Virus record (IMG/VR): IMGVR_UViG_3300029288_000063
Span: 128,001 to 192,000 of that record
DNA: 64,000 nt
From: a virus
Lineage: Duplodnaviria > Caudoviricetes
Direction: 5' to 3' (one strand)
A program made the position numbers and the translations under genes. This document shows positions 7,420 to 17,540 of the stretch, one piece after another; the stretch's first letter is position 1, and each line of letters begins with the position of its first letter. The notes below the pieces were generated by a model, which saw only the letters and a list, made by a program, of their open reading frames with translations, did no database searches and was not told the origin of the DNA.

Positions 7420-8586
7420 ATGGCTTCGAGTATTGTTGTGCCTATTGTGCGGATTGAAAAAGTCCGTTCCCACCCAAACGCTGACAAGTTGGAATTGTGC
7501 AATGTTCTTGGGTTTCAAATGTGTATTCCCAAGGGCAAACACAAGTCTGGCGACATCTGTGTGTATGTTCCTGCCGATTCTTTGGTTCCGAACGATTGGG
7601 CTGAAAAGTGGGGAGTCCTCCCTTATTTGAAAGGTCAGGAAAAGAACCGTGTCGGAAGAGTCCGGCTACGTGGTGAGCCGTCGTTTGGATTGATTGTTGA
7701 TATGTCGTGGCTGCCGGGAAGCGATAAGCCATACAACGTTGGGGACAATGTTGCAGACTGCTTCGGCATAAAGAAATACGAGCATCCGGTAAAGGCCGTT
7801 TCGTCGGATGCCGCAGCGTATGACTCTGACATTGACCCGTATGTCTCTCGTTATACCGACATTGAGAATGGACGTGTTTTCACCGAGGTATTCCGCGAAG
7901 GCGAAGAGGTTGTCGCCACAGAAAAGATTCACGGGACGAACTGTAAGGTTGGGTTCGTTCGTGTTGGCGATGAGTGGATTCCTGTTGCGGGTTCTATGGG
8001 TGTCCGGCGTAAGCGTCCTATGAGGCCGACATGGACTCCACAGTCATGGCTTGAGAGACTCTACGTGCGGCTTTTTGGCATGAAATACGTCGAGGCTGAC
8101 TTTGACGACCGCGAAATTCGTGGGAGCACATATTGGTCGCCATTTGCGCTTCCGTCTGTGCGCGTCCTGTTGATGCGTTTGTGTGATTGTGCCGAAAGGT
8201 CTGTTTTGCTGTATGGTGAGGTGTTTGGCCCGTGTGTTCAAAACCTCCATTATGGTGTCACGGCAGTTGAAGGTTTTCGCTTTCGTGCGTTTGATATTTG
8301 TATAGACGGGAAATTCCTCAACTGGGTCGAGTTCTCCGACTTGTGTGGGGAGGTTGGAGTTCCTGTTGTGCCTGTGGTCTATCGTGGCGCGTTTAGTTTT
8401 GAAGACATAAAGAAGGCTGCCGATGGACGTTCGACCTTGCCGGGGGCAGACAACATTCGAGAGGGAGTTGTCGTGAAGCCGGTCGTTGAAAGGGTCGACT
8501 CGAAGGTTGGTCGTGCGGTGTTGAAGTTTATCGGGACGGAATATGAGTTGTCCAAAAAGGACGAAGATGACTGTAAGGACGTTTGA
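7420..8586 (+). CDS. RNA ligase, Rnl2/DRB0094-like
   Basis: N-terminal HPNADKL module; motifs EKIHGTN, YGEVFG, FRAFDI, EGVVVKP, LK. Confidence 0.92.
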   Translation: MASSIVVPIVRIEKVRSHPNADKLELCNVLGFQMCIPKGKHKSGDICVYVPADSLVPNDWAEKWGVLPYLKGQEKNRVGRVRLRGEPSFGLIVDMSWLPGSDKPYNVGDNVADCFGIKKYEHPVKAVSSDAAAYDSDIDPYVSRYTDIENGRVFTEVFREGEEVVATEKIHGTNCKVGFVRVGDEWIPVAGSMGVRRKRPMRPTWTPQSWLERLYVRLFGMKYVEADFDDREIRGSTYWSPFALPSVRVLLMRLCDCAERSVLLYGEVFGPCVQNLHYGVTAVEGFRFRAFDICIDGKFLNWVEFSDLCGEVGVPVVPVVYRGAFSFEDIKKAADGRSTLPGADNIREGVVVKPVVERVDSKVGRAVLKFIGTEYELSKKDEDDCKDV

Positions 8587-8669
8587 TGTGGAAGAAGCGT
8601 CTGAAGATGGATTATCGTTCTCGTTAGGGTTATGTGACCAATGAAGTGTTTGAGTCCGGATTTGTGGTT

Positions 8670-8705
8670 AAAATATAACTGCCTTTATGGCAGTTATATT
8701 TTTTT
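8670..8705 (+). terminator. intrinsic terminator
   Basis: 14-bp stem AAAATATAACTGCC/GGCAGTTATATTTT plus T-run. Confidence 0.75.
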
Positions 8706-8784
8706 ATACATCACCGTTATGTGAGTATTTTGTCCAACGTCGTTTGCGTTGTGACCCCGGAAGTAAGATTGGGAAACACTGCGG

Positions 8785-9387
8785 ATGGTCCGCCGGTTTT
8801 TTGTCCTTGAAGAAGGCGCGAAAGAGAGGTATGTAGTGCAATTAGTACCGTTGTCGGCGAGTGATATTAGATTGGCGCTTGGCCGGGCGCAGAGGATGAG
8901 TTCGTTTCAGTGTGGCAGGACGTTTCGTGATGGGTTCAAACCAGAAATCGGAATATCTGCCGTTGGTTTCGAGAAGATGTTTCCAAGCTTGAAGCAGCCG
9001 AACGAAAAGAAGCATGTTTGGGTGGATGGTAAGGGTCGTAAGATTAAGCTGTGCACCAAACGTCGTGCGATTGAAACTGGCACGGAGTATTTGCACGATG
9101 CGTCGGCCACGACGAAGGATTGTGCAAGTGATGTCGACCTGTTCGTGTTTGCCTCCGTGGAGATGCCGAGGTGTTGGCGTGACTCGTTCCCGTCCCAGTC
9201 GGAGCTGGAAAGTCCTGAAAATTACCGATTGTGGTTGTGTGGCTGGATGGGGCGTGAAGAGTTCAACCTGAAAGCGCGTTCGGTTGACCGTGGGAAGTCT
9301 GAAAGCCCGACTTGGAGTGCGTCGGCAGACTGTAAGTCCATCAAGCACCACGAACTGCATCCCCTGTTTAACAAGGGAGGCAAATAA
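8785..9387 (+). CDS. hypothetical protein, degenerate PD-(D/E)XK-like; paralog of the next gene (start uncertain)
   Basis: Aligns by eye with 9387..9968. Confidence 0.65.
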   Translation: MVRRFFVLEEGAKERYVVQLVPLSASDIRLALGRAQRMSSFQCGRTFRDGFKPEIGISAVGFEKMFPSLKQPNEKKHVWVDGKGRKIKLCTKRRAIETGTEYLHDASATTKDCASDVDLFVFASVEMPRCWRDSFPSQSELESPENYRLWLCGWMGREEFNLKARSVDRGKSESPTWSASADCKSIKHHELHPLFNKGGK

Positions 9388-9968
9388 TGTCTGTTTCGTT
9401 GAGTCAATTGGTTTATGTCCCGCTGACAAAGAAAGAACTTGAGCTTGCAAGGAAGTATGGTGAGGAAATTCGGATTCAAACAGCAAACGAAAAGACAATT
9501 CGTGTTGGAAACAAATACTGTTGCGGCATCATGATTGTTGCTGTCCTGAAAATGTTTCCGACGTGGAGTATTCACAATCTCGCTCAGATGGAACTGATTA
9601 CGCCTGAGAAGGAAATCATCAGGCTTTGCTCCAAGCAGCGTTTTTCTGCAACTCGTGTTGAGTTTGAGGCGTCCGTTACTGCGGGCAACCTCAAGTCTTG
9701 CAATGGAAAGACTTTGATGTTTGGGTCGATTGAGTTCAACGACGATTGGAAGGTGAACGGATTTCCTGTTCATGATGATGCGGAGTATACCAATCAGGAC
9801 AACGTTCGGGCAATAGTTTGCGGGGAGATGTCTGGCGCGGATTACGATAATTTGAACAGTCCGCTTGAGGTTGGTGATGTTTCAGGGAGCAATAGTCACG
9901 TTTGCTCTGGTGCGTGTGGAAATCTGAAGTACGCTGACCTGAATCCGCTACGTAGTCGTGCTGTATGA
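9387..9968 (+). CDS. hypothetical protein; paralog of the previous gene
   Basis: GGAGG RBS; shared VPL, KMFP, I.LC[ST]K.R, CG.M, L.PL. Confidence 0.7.
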   Translation: MSVSLSQLVYVPLTKKELELARKYGEEIRIQTANEKTIRVGNKYCCGIMIVAVLKMFPTWSIHNLAQMELITPEKEIIRLCSKQRFSATRVEFEASVTAGNLKSCNGKTLMFGSIEFNDDWKVNGFPVHDDAEYTNQDNVRAIVCGEMSGADYDNLNSPLEVGDVSGSNSHVCSGACGNLKYADLNPLRSRAV

Positions 9969-10016
9969 TTTTTTTATAGCTATCCTCTATTGAGGTGATT
10001 GATAGGGGATAGCTAT
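9969..10016 (+). promoter_or_regulatory. T7-ATA motif plus RBS/ATG-occluding hairpin (candidate late promoter)
   Basis: ATAGCTATCCTCTATT pairs with GATAGGGGATAGCTAT, covering the RBS and start codon. Confidence 0.6.
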
Positions 10017-10266
10017 GCTTCAGGCGATTTTGACTGTTGTCATAAATGTTGTATTTAGTGGTTTGTTCGGTTGGTTGTCGAACAAACAAAACGAACAATT
10101 GCAGGATCAGGTCGACGCCCTGCAAGGTGCCCTGAACACTGTTGAGTCATCACACCAACAGGAACAGGTTGCGGAGGATGCTGCCCATGAAGCTTCAAGC
10201 AATGCACCGTCCATTATTGGCTCTGACGGTGGTCTTGACTTCTCTGGTTTTAATAACCGCACTTAG
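10015..10266 (+). CDS. putative inner-membrane spanin (Rz-like)
   Basis: N-terminal hydrophobic helix, then coiled coil; overlapped by a lipoprotein gene. Confidence 0.55.
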   Translation: MLQAILTVVINVVFSGLFGWLSNKQNEQLQDQVDALQGALNTVESSHQQEQVAEDAAHEASSNAPSIIGSDGGLDFSGFNNRT

Positions 10267-10573
10267 CGGCTGTGTAGTTTATACAGGGTCGTCACAAGCT
10301 CCGTCGTCTATTTTTGTCTATGCGCGGCAGCCTGTTTATGAGATGCCGGAAAATGTTGTGCTTTCGAATGTTCCCAGCTCTGAGATGATGAAGTTGTCGC
10401 CAGAGTACCGTGCGGTAATTGAAAAGAACTTTCAGGTTTTGACGACACGGGTTGTGGAGTTGGAAGCAATCATCAAGACCCATAACGAGTATGCGAAGCG
10501 CATGAACGAGACCTCTGGAATATACAAGAGTGCTCTTGGTGATGTGGGAAGCACGTCATCCGAGGTTAAATAG
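10187..10573 (+). CDS. putative outer-membrane spanin lipoprotein (Rz1-like)
   Basis: Lipobox LSG-C; GGAGG RBS inside the upstream gene; overlapped architecture. Confidence 0.55.
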   Translation: MKLQAMHRPLLALTVVLTSLVLITALSGCVVYTGSSQAPSSIFVYARQPVYEMPENVVLSNVPSSEMMKLSPEYRAVIEKNFQVLTTRVVELEAIIKTHNEYAKRMNETSGIYKSALGDVGSTSSEVK

Positions 10574-10585
10574 CGGGGGTTTCCT

Positions 10586-11050
10586 GTGCCTAACTTCGAG
10601 TGGATAAGTCCAGAAGACAGAAATGCTGAGGAGTTAATTGGCGAGCTGCAATACAAAGAATGCTTTGTGGGGCAGACCGACAGTTATCCGGGGAGAAGCA
10701 GGGTGCTGTTTCAAAACCTAACGTTATATGCCGGTGACAACAAGACCTATGTGGTCTATGTGAAAGACCGTGATGGAAATCCTGTTTTGGTTTCCGGCGC
10801 GGTTGCGGTGTTGACGTGGCGTCGTGCCAAGGGCGAGGCGTTGGTTTTTCAGAAGAGTACGGCTGTTGCCGGTGAAGGCGAAATTGGTGCGGCGAACAAA
10901 GGCGAGGTGTTTTTCTATTTGGTTTCTGCGGACACATCCGCAATCGAAAAAGATAGGCAGTATGTTTGGGATATTGCCGTGACGCTTTCCTCCGGCAAAC
11001 GGTATACTGTTCTTGAAGGTGTAACAACCCTGCGTAGCACTGTAGCCTGA
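10586..11050 (+). CDS. BppU-N-like Ig-fold virion/baseplate-type protein
   Basis: GD..Y.V.V.D.DG.P..SG ... YVWDI.VT...G..YT.LEG pattern. Confidence 0.6.
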   Translation: MPNFEWISPEDRNAEELIGELQYKECFVGQTDSYPGRSRVLFQNLTLYAGDNKTYVVYVKDRDGNPVLVSGAVAVLTWRRAKGEALVFQKSTAVAGEGEIGAANKGEVFFYLVSADTSAIEKDRQYVWDIAVTLSSGKRYTVLEGVTTLRSTVA

Positions 11051-11112
11051 ACCCCGTAAGGCGTAGTTTCGTTTCGATTCGATGAGTGTCGTGTGTCTGG
11101 AGAGGAGAGGAC

Positions 11113-12867
11113 ATGAACGAGAATTTTTTGGATATGGGCCGTGATGGCTCGTTGGTTATCCGTTGTAGGTTTGAAGAAAAAGACGTTGCCAAGGCTATCG
11201 GTGCGAGGTGGGACAAGCCAACGAAGACTTGGATTGCGGCATTTACCGTTCAGAACGTCAAGTTTTTGGTCGAAAACCTTGAAGACGTCTTTATTGCCGC
11301 ATCGGTAGAAGAGAGGCTTGGTAAAGATTCCGAGATTGACACGAAGTTGAACCAGTTGAGGGCGTTGTCAAAGAAAGATTCGCCGGTTCAATTGAGGGTG
11401 CCGGGGGTAAATGTTGCCCTCTACAACTATCAGAAGCTTGGTGTGTTGTATTCGACTGCCGGTATGCCCGGAGTATTGTTGGGTGACGAGATGGGCTTGG
11501 GTAAGTCGATTCAAGCCATTGCGACAGCCTGTTGGAAGCGTGCCAATGGGTTGGCACAAAACTGTCTGGTTATCACCCCGGCAAGTCTGAAATGGAACTG
11601 GCCGCTGGAGGTTGAGAAGTTCACAAATGCGAACTATGTGGTAATTGATGGGACACCTGAAGAACGCATACGTCAGTGGTTGAGGAAGGATGTGTTTTTC
11701 TATATCGTCAACTTTGAGATGATTTTGGAAGACCTATTTGGTGGCAAAGAAATCTCGTTTGACGAATTCGATTCGGCGGCAACGATTGTTCGCAAGGAAA
11801 AGCAGTTGGCGTCCGCTAAACACCGCATGGCAACCCTCGCACCCGTGAGGGACCGCCTGTGGGACATGATTGTTATCGACGAGGCGCATTCTATCAAGAA
11901 CCATTCGTCGAAGCGGACGAAGAACGTAAAGAAACTCAAGGGGAAGTTCCGGATGGCGTTATCCGGAACCCCGATGGATGGCAAGCTCGAAGACCTGCAC
12001 AGTATTATGGATTGGGTTGCGCCGGGTCTTTTTGAGTCCCGTACAAGGTTTCTGCAAAAACATGCAGAGTTTGACTTTTGGGGGCGCGTGGTTCGTTATC
12101 GTGAAATTGACGAGGTTCGGAAACGTATTGAACCGTTCTTTCTAAGGCGTCTGAAGAAGGATGTTTTGAAGGATTTGCCGGACAAGGTATACAACGACCG
12201 TTATGTCATGTTGCCGTCCAAGGAGATGAAGATTTATCGCAGTTTGGCGGAACGTGGTCACGAGGCGACTATGGATGCGCAGGCGATGACTGCGATTATT
12301 CGGTGCAAGCAGTTCTGCGATTATCCGGGTTTGTTGAAGGAAAACTTTGAAGGCGCGAAGATGGAGATGTTCCGCGAGGTGTTGCAGGAGGTTGTTATCG
12401 ACAACGGGCACAAGGCGTTGATTTTCAGCCAGTATTCCTCGATGTGCGAGGTTTTGTGTCGCGTGGCTGAGGATATGGGGCTGCGGTATCTCTACATTTG
12501 GGGTGATACGCCGAAGAAGGAACGTGCCGCGATGCAGGCAAAGTTCAATGGTGACCCCGAGCTGAACCTCATGATTGGGACGGAGGCAATGTCGACGGGT
12601 TTGAATTTTACGTCTGCCGATTACGTCATCAATTATGATGACGCGTGGAGTCCCGCAATCATGAAGCAGCGGGAAGACCGTGCCCACCGCATCGGTCAGA
12701 AAAGTGTTGTGACGGTGGTAAACTTCATTTGTCGAGACACAATTGAAGAGCGGATTCGTAGCGTTCTCGATGTTAAGGGTGCCGTTTCGTCCAAGGCGTT
12801 GGGCGACGAGACGGACGAACAGATTGTTGCACGCCTTAGCGTACAAGATATCGCCAAGATGCTATAA
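11113..12867 (+). CDS. SNF2-family helicase/ATPase with N-terminal DUF5710-like module
   Basis: DEMGLGKS, DEAH, QREDRAHRIGQ; EKDVAKAIGARWD. Confidence 0.93.
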   Translation: MNENFLDMGRDGSLVIRCRFEEKDVAKAIGARWDKPTKTWIAAFTVQNVKFLVENLEDVFIAASVEERLGKDSEIDTKLNQLRALSKKDSPVQLRVPGVNVALYNYQKLGVLYSTAGMPGVLLGDEMGLGKSIQAIATACWKRANGLAQNCLVITPASLKWNWPLEVEKFTNANYVVIDGTPEERIRQWLRKDVFFYIVNFEMILEDLFGGKEISFDEFDSAATIVRKEKQLASAKHRMATLAPVRDRLWDMIVIDEAHSIKNHSSKRTKNVKKLKGKFRMALSGTPMDGKLEDLHSIMDWVAPGLFESRTRFLQKHAEFDFWGRVVRYREIDEVRKRIEPFFLRRLKKDVLKDLPDKVYNDRYVMLPSKEMKIYRSLAERGHEATMDAQAMTAIIRCKQFCDYPGLLKENFEGAKMEMFREVLQEVVIDNGHKALIFSQYSSMCEVLCRVAEDMGLRYLYIWGDTPKKERAAMQAKFNGDPELNLMIGTEAMSTGLNFTSADYVINYDDAWSPAIMKQREDRAHRIGQKSVVTVVNFICRDTIEERIRSVLDVKGAVSSKALGDETDEQIVARLSVQDIAKML

Positions 12868-12876
12868 GGAGGATTT

Positions 12877-14475
12877 ATGGCCAACGTTTTTGACACAAGG
12901 CAACTTGAGCAGTCTTTGTTGCACCTGCTTGTATCCGAGAAAATGGTTGCCCGCGTTTACATGAATCGTGCGCACGAGGAGATGTTTGTAACGGCACCGA
13001 GGAGGTTCATATACAATCGTGCCAAGCGCCTGTTTGCCGAAACGAATGGGTTGCTGACTGATGCGTTGTTCGAGTTTGAGTTGAAGCAGAGTATTCCAGA
13101 AAACGAACAGTCGTCGTATACGGCCGAGTGGATGGTTGTTGCCGGAATGTCTGTTGATGAGTCGCCGGATTCACTTATGGACGCGTTGGAGCGTGCGTTG
13201 TTGGCCCAGCGTGTTTCTGAGATTTGCAAGGAGGCTGCCGGGCTATTGCAGGATGGCAGTGTTGAGGAAGCCGTCAGTTTGGTGAAGTCGGAATCGGTGT
13301 CGTTGGGGATGAAGAGTGCCGACATTCCGCACGTTGAAGTTGTTGAATATCTGCACCGGAAAAAACTGATTGAGGAAAAACAGGCCAACCCGAAAAAGTT
13401 CCTTGGAGTAAAGACTGGGCTTCCGTCGTTTGATTTTCACACCGGAGGTCTGTTTCCGGCAGAGGTGACGTTGGTGTCTGCCGTGACGGGCGTTGGTAAG
13501 TCGACGCTGATGAAAGCCATTGCCGCGAACGTCATCACGCTGGAGGGGAAAAACGTTCTGCATATCACCAACGAAGAGTCGCGGTTGCAGGTTGAAATGA
13601 AATATGACGCGTTGATTTCTGACATTGCGTACAGTTCGTTTAAGAAGGCTGAGATTACGCCGTCCGAGATTCAAACGTGGGAAGACTCTCTGACCGAGTT
13701 GAAAAAGCAGAGCATGTATGGTCGGTTGTTCATCAAGGAAATTCCGCAGTTTGACAACTGTTTGGCGATTACGCGGACATACTATGAGCTGCAACAGTTG
13801 GGCGTTCCGATTCACCTGTTGGTCATTGACTATATGGACCACCTTCTGCCCATCGAAAAGAGTTGGAGTGAAAACGACGAACAAGGCAAGGTTGCGGCGG
13901 ATGTTAAGGGTTTGGCTGTCTCGTTGAATATCCCTGTTTTGATTGCAACACAGGCAGCGACGAGTGCGGAGGCCAAACAGGAGAAGGGTCGTTCGTTCGG
14001 GAAGTTGGACGTGTATGGTTCGAAGCGCAAGGTTCACTCCTGCAACACCTTGATTTTTGTCATTCAAGATTCCCGCGACACAAGTCAGCTCAAGCCTGCC
14101 TTGGGTGGAACGGGTGTTCTTGAGTCGGAGTACGATTGTGACTGGTTGTGGTCGCTGGAAGCCGCAAAGAATCGTGATGGTGCGCCGTTTTTCCTCAAGG
14201 CGCGTCAACACGTTAAGACCGGCAGGGTCACTCAGATTGGTGGAAGTGGTGCCGGTGCCCCTCCGCGCCCCGGTGCGGGCGGGAAGTTGTCGTCGCCTGT
14301 TCGTGGTGCGGAAGAGACGGCGGCAGCTGCGGCGGAGTTTGATGCGATGGTTGGAAAGTCCACCGACAAGGCTGAGACGACGCCTGATGGCGCTTCGAAG
14401 CCTGAGAGTATCCCCGAGCCGCCAGAGCAACAAAAAACAGCGTCAAATCCGCCAAAGATGGCTAGGAAAAAATAA
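12877..14475 (+). CDS. dnaB: replicative helicase, DnaB-like
   Basis: Walker A TGVGKST, VIDYM, ATQ, KNRDG. Confidence 0.88.
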   Translation: MANVFDTRQLEQSLLHLLVSEKMVARVYMNRAHEEMFVTAPRRFIYNRAKRLFAETNGLLTDALFEFELKQSIPENEQSSYTAEWMVVAGMSVDESPDSLMDALERALLAQRVSEICKEAAGLLQDGSVEEAVSLVKSESVSLGMKSADIPHVEVVEYLHRKKLIEEKQANPKKFLGVKTGLPSFDFHTGGLFPAEVTLVSAVTGVGKSTLMKAIAANVITLEGKNVLHITNEESRLQVEMKYDALISDIAYSSFKKAEITPSEIQTWEDSLTELKKQSMYGRLFIKEIPQFDNCLAITRTYYELQQLGVPIHLLVIDYMDHLLPIEKSWSENDEQGKVAADVKGLAVSLNIPVLIATQAATSAEAKQEKGRSFGKLDVYGSKRKVHSCNTLIFVIQDSRDTSQLKPALGGTGVLESEYDCDWLWSLEAAKNRDGAPFFLKARQHVKTGRVTQIGGSGAGAPPRPGAGGKLSSPVRGAEETAAAAAEFDAMVGKSTDKAETTPDGASKPESIPEPPEQQKTASNPPKMARKK

Positions 14476-14570
14476 TTTGGTTTTTCCTAAAAAAGTCTCG
14501 TGTCGTTCGTATAATGATTGGTATGGCTAGGCCGATTGTGGCTATTTTCGTAACGTAAGGAGAAGAAGGC

Positions 14571-15614
14571 ATGACAGCGTCAGGTGTGAGGAAGAGGAAG
14601 GTTGCAACAGGCGAGGCAGAAAGCGTTGGTGCGTCGGTGGCGGCGGAACATGTGTTCCTTCGAAATGTCGCCGTCGGGGAGTCTTTTTCGGGTGTGTATT
14701 TTCTCGAAAAAGTTTTTTCCAAGGTTGCGCGGAATGGGAACAAATACAGCGACCTCACTCTTCGCGACAAGTCGGGGAGCATTTTCGCCCGCTATTGGGG
14801 TGAGGTGACGAGTTCGTCAGGCGGTGACTGGGTGAACATTTCCGCGACCGTTGAAGAGTATCAGGGAAACAAGCAAATCGTTGTCCAGAATATTGCCGAG
14901 TGTGAGGCACCAGCAGACCTTTCCAATCACGCCCCTACGTCTGACACCATCGTGACGGATGGAGAGTCGTTTCGTGGGTTGATGGAGTTGGTAAAGTCGT
15001 ATGACGAGGAAGCCAAGTGTGATACCTGTTCTGCGATTCTGGAGGACCTTTTCAAGGGTGTGTTCCTCTCGAAGTTTGAGCAAGCCCCGGCGTCCGCGTT
15101 TCCGTGTTATGGTCGTGTCGGTGGGCTGTTGGCGTATACAGTGCGCGTTGCTGAAATGGTAAACGACACGTCGAATCGTTTTCAGCTTTCCGCTCAGGAA
15201 AAGTCGATTGCCCTTGCGGCGGCGATTCTGCATCGTATCGGTGCGGCGTATGCCTTTGAGATTTCCGGCTGTGTTCCGCAGGAAACCAAGAAGGGGGCCT
15301 TGGTTGGCGCGATGCACATTGGTTTTTCGAAAGTTGTCAACGCTGTGAATCGTCTGACCCATAGTCGCAAGGAAGCCGAAGGCGACAAGGTTGTTGATGA
15401 CGATGTTGTGTCGCGTCTGATGCACGCAATTGTTGCGTCTGAAAATGAAGGTATCATGCCGATGACGCGTGAGGCGATTGTTCTGCATGGGGTTGTTGGT
15501 ACTATCCGTGAGTTGTCTGATGCGTCCGACTTCATTTCGAACGACGTGAATTCACATGAGATGTTTACGTCGTATGACCCGATTACCAAGCGGCGGTTCT
15601 TCAAAGGCGAATAG
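14571..15614 (+). CDS. YhaM/Cbf1-like OB-fold + HD protein with degenerate metal ligands
   Basis: OB fold (LTLRDKSGSI.A..W, V.EYQG..Q); GGLLAYT and LHRIG instead of GGL..H and LHDIG. Confidence 0.8.
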   Translation: MTASGVRKRKVATGEAESVGASVAAEHVFLRNVAVGESFSGVYFLEKVFSKVARNGNKYSDLTLRDKSGSIFARYWGEVTSSSGGDWVNISATVEEYQGNKQIVVQNIAECEAPADLSNHAPTSDTIVTDGESFRGLMELVKSYDEEAKCDTCSAILEDLFKGVFLSKFEQAPASAFPCYGRVGGLLAYTVRVAEMVNDTSNRFQLSAQEKSIALAAAILHRIGAAYAFEISGCVPQETKKGALVGAMHIGFSKVVNAVNRLTHSRKEAEGDKVVDDDVVSRLMHAIVASENEGIMPMTREAIVLHGVVGTIRELSDASDFISNDVNSHEMFTSYDPITKRRFFKGE

Positions 15615-15635
15615 TGCCGTTTATCGGGAGAATTC

Positions 15636-16748
15636 GTGAACATCAAGGAGCGGTTTCAATTCCGTGATATCAGCCTTTTGATGCAAAAGGTCGACGCTCG
15701 GCAGGTTCTTATCCGGCTGGGCGTCGACCCGTCATCTATAAAGGTGTACGGGAACGAATTGACGACGTTTTGTCCTGACCATCATCTGTTTGTTGGTCGA
15801 AAGTCGTCCGACCCGAATTGGGGTTTGAACCTGAAGTCCGGCAAATGCAAGTGCCTGACGGAGCCGCGTGGGTCGAACCTTGTATTCACTGTTGCCCGTG
15901 TGCGCGGGTGTTCGCCGCGAGAGGCTGTGTCGTGGATGCTTGGCAAAGAGGATGCCGAGCTTGACCTAAACATGATGAATCTTCAGTGCTTGGCGTCGTT
16001 GCCGGACGATATGCGTGCGGTGAATAACGACGATGAAGAAGAGCCTGTTTTGGAGGGATTGCAGAGCGTTGAAGAGGAGTCGTCGAAGGGGTATTTGTCG
16101 GATTCGGCTGTAAAGTTTTTTCTTTGCCCGCCGGAAAAAAAACCAACCAACATCAAGCTGCCCACGTTGCGTCATTACAAGGTGTTTGAGCGGACGTGGG
16201 GATATTATCACGGTCGAGTTGTTATTCCTTTTTATTTTAGGCAGCAAATTCAGGGTTTTTCGGCGATAGACAAATACGGCGTCAAGGAATGGTTGCGCCG
16301 CAATCCGTTAAAGGAAAAACAAGATTATAAGAAGGTTCTTTTCCCTCGTGGCATGTTCACGTCGAAAATTTTGTTTGGATTTGACGATGTAGAGCCGGGC
16401 TGTCCATTTTTAATTGTTACGGAGGGTCCACGAGAGGTTATGAAGCTGTGGCAAGAAGGTTACAAGAATTCTGTGGCGCTCTGTGGAACGAATCTTTCCG
16501 GTGAGCATATAAAACTGATTGCTGAGTTGCGTCCACAGTCTGTGGTTGTTATGTTGGATGGTGACAAAGCCGGTCGAAGAGCCGGGATAAAGATAGGCAA
16601 GAAACTCAAGGATACTTTTAGCGTATTTTTTGCAAATGTACCTGATGGTTTCGATCCCAAGGTGTTGCACAGAAAAGACTTCAAATCTATTATAAGAAAT
16701 GCGGACAAAATTGATAATTGCTTGTGTTTTGATGTTGAAGTAATATAA
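15636..16748 (+). CDS. dnaG: DNA primase
   Basis: CPDH Zn finger; TOPRIM TEG and DGDKAG. Confidence 0.88.
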   Translation: MNIKERFQFRDISLLMQKVDARQVLIRLGVDPSSIKVYGNELTTFCPDHHLFVGRKSSDPNWGLNLKSGKCKCLTEPRGSNLVFTVARVRGCSPREAVSWMLGKEDAELDLNMMNLQCLASLPDDMRAVNNDDEEEPVLEGLQSVEEESSKGYLSDSAVKFFLCPPEKKPTNIKLPTLRHYKVFERTWGYYHGRVVIPFYFRQQIQGFSAIDKYGVKEWLRRNPLKEKQDYKKVLFPRGMFTSKILFGFDDVEPGCPFLIVTEGPREVMKLWQEGYKNSVALCGTNLSGEHIKLIAELRPQSVVVMLDGDKAGRRAGIKIGKKLKDTFSVFFANVPDGFDPKVLHRKDFKSIIRNADKIDNCLCFDVEVI

Positions 16749-16823
16749 TATATCAAATTTATTGCCGGTTGTCGGTGCATTTCTTGGCATGCCAATATTG
16801 GCTATTTCAAGCGAAGGGGTCAC

Positions 16824-17540
16824 ATGAAACGTGTTCCTGTGTTGTGTCGTGTTCCTATTACCAACGAGAGCCTGATGATGAGCGCTTGTAAGGGTTCTGA
16901 TGGTTGTTTGCTTGAGAAGTACCCCTTTCTGATGGATTTGTTGCTTGAGCGGATTTTGGGAATTGTCAGGAGTTTGTCGTTTAAGTATGTTGTCAATTCC
17001 TCGCAAGAGTTTGAGGATTTAGTGCAGGACTGCTTGGTGCGGATTTGGTCAAGCAGGAAGACTTTTGACCCTAAGAAGGGTCGTTTGTCCACTTGGGTTT
17101 GGCGCGTGTGTTGTTCTGTCTTGAATTCTGACTTCGGCAAGTCCAAGAGGTATAAAGACAAATTTCGTTTCTGGAGCCAAACATCTTCGCAGGATTCTGG
17201 TGACCCTCTAGATTCCAGTGAGATATTCTGTTCGAACAACGCCGATGTTCAGGACATTGTTGCTTTTCGGTGTGCTGTTTCCGATTTGTACGTTCGTCAT
17301 GGTGCCAATTCGTCCCGTAAGGAAATGCTGGATGCCATCTTCTGCGTAGAGGAAGACGGCTTGTTTGTCGCGTCTATTGATCGTGCGGCCTTCCGCTTGG
17401 TGTTTCCGGGTGTGCTGTTTACCGACAAACTGCCTCAAGACCAGAAGTTGTTGTTTAAGAAAAAGCATGGAGAACTTATGCGTTTTGTTCGCACTTTCGT
17501 TCGTCCCGTATTCCTCAAACATATCAAGGAGGGGATTTAA
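16824..17540 (+). CDS. sigma70-family sigma factor (region 2 recognisable)
   Basis: EDLVQD.L...W....FDPKKG.LSTW. Confidence 0.8.
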   Translation: MKRVPVLCRVPITNESLMMSACKGSDGCLLEKYPFLMDLLLERILGIVRSLSFKYVVNSSQEFEDLVQDCLVRIWSSRKTFDPKKGRLSTWVWRVCCSVLNSDFGKSKRYKDKFRFWSQTSSQDSGDPLDSSEIFCSNNADVQDIVAFRCAVSDLYVRHGANSSRKEMLDAIFCVEEDGLFVASIDRAAFRLVFPGVLFTDKLPQDQKLLFKKKHGELMRFVRTFVRPVFLKHIKEGI

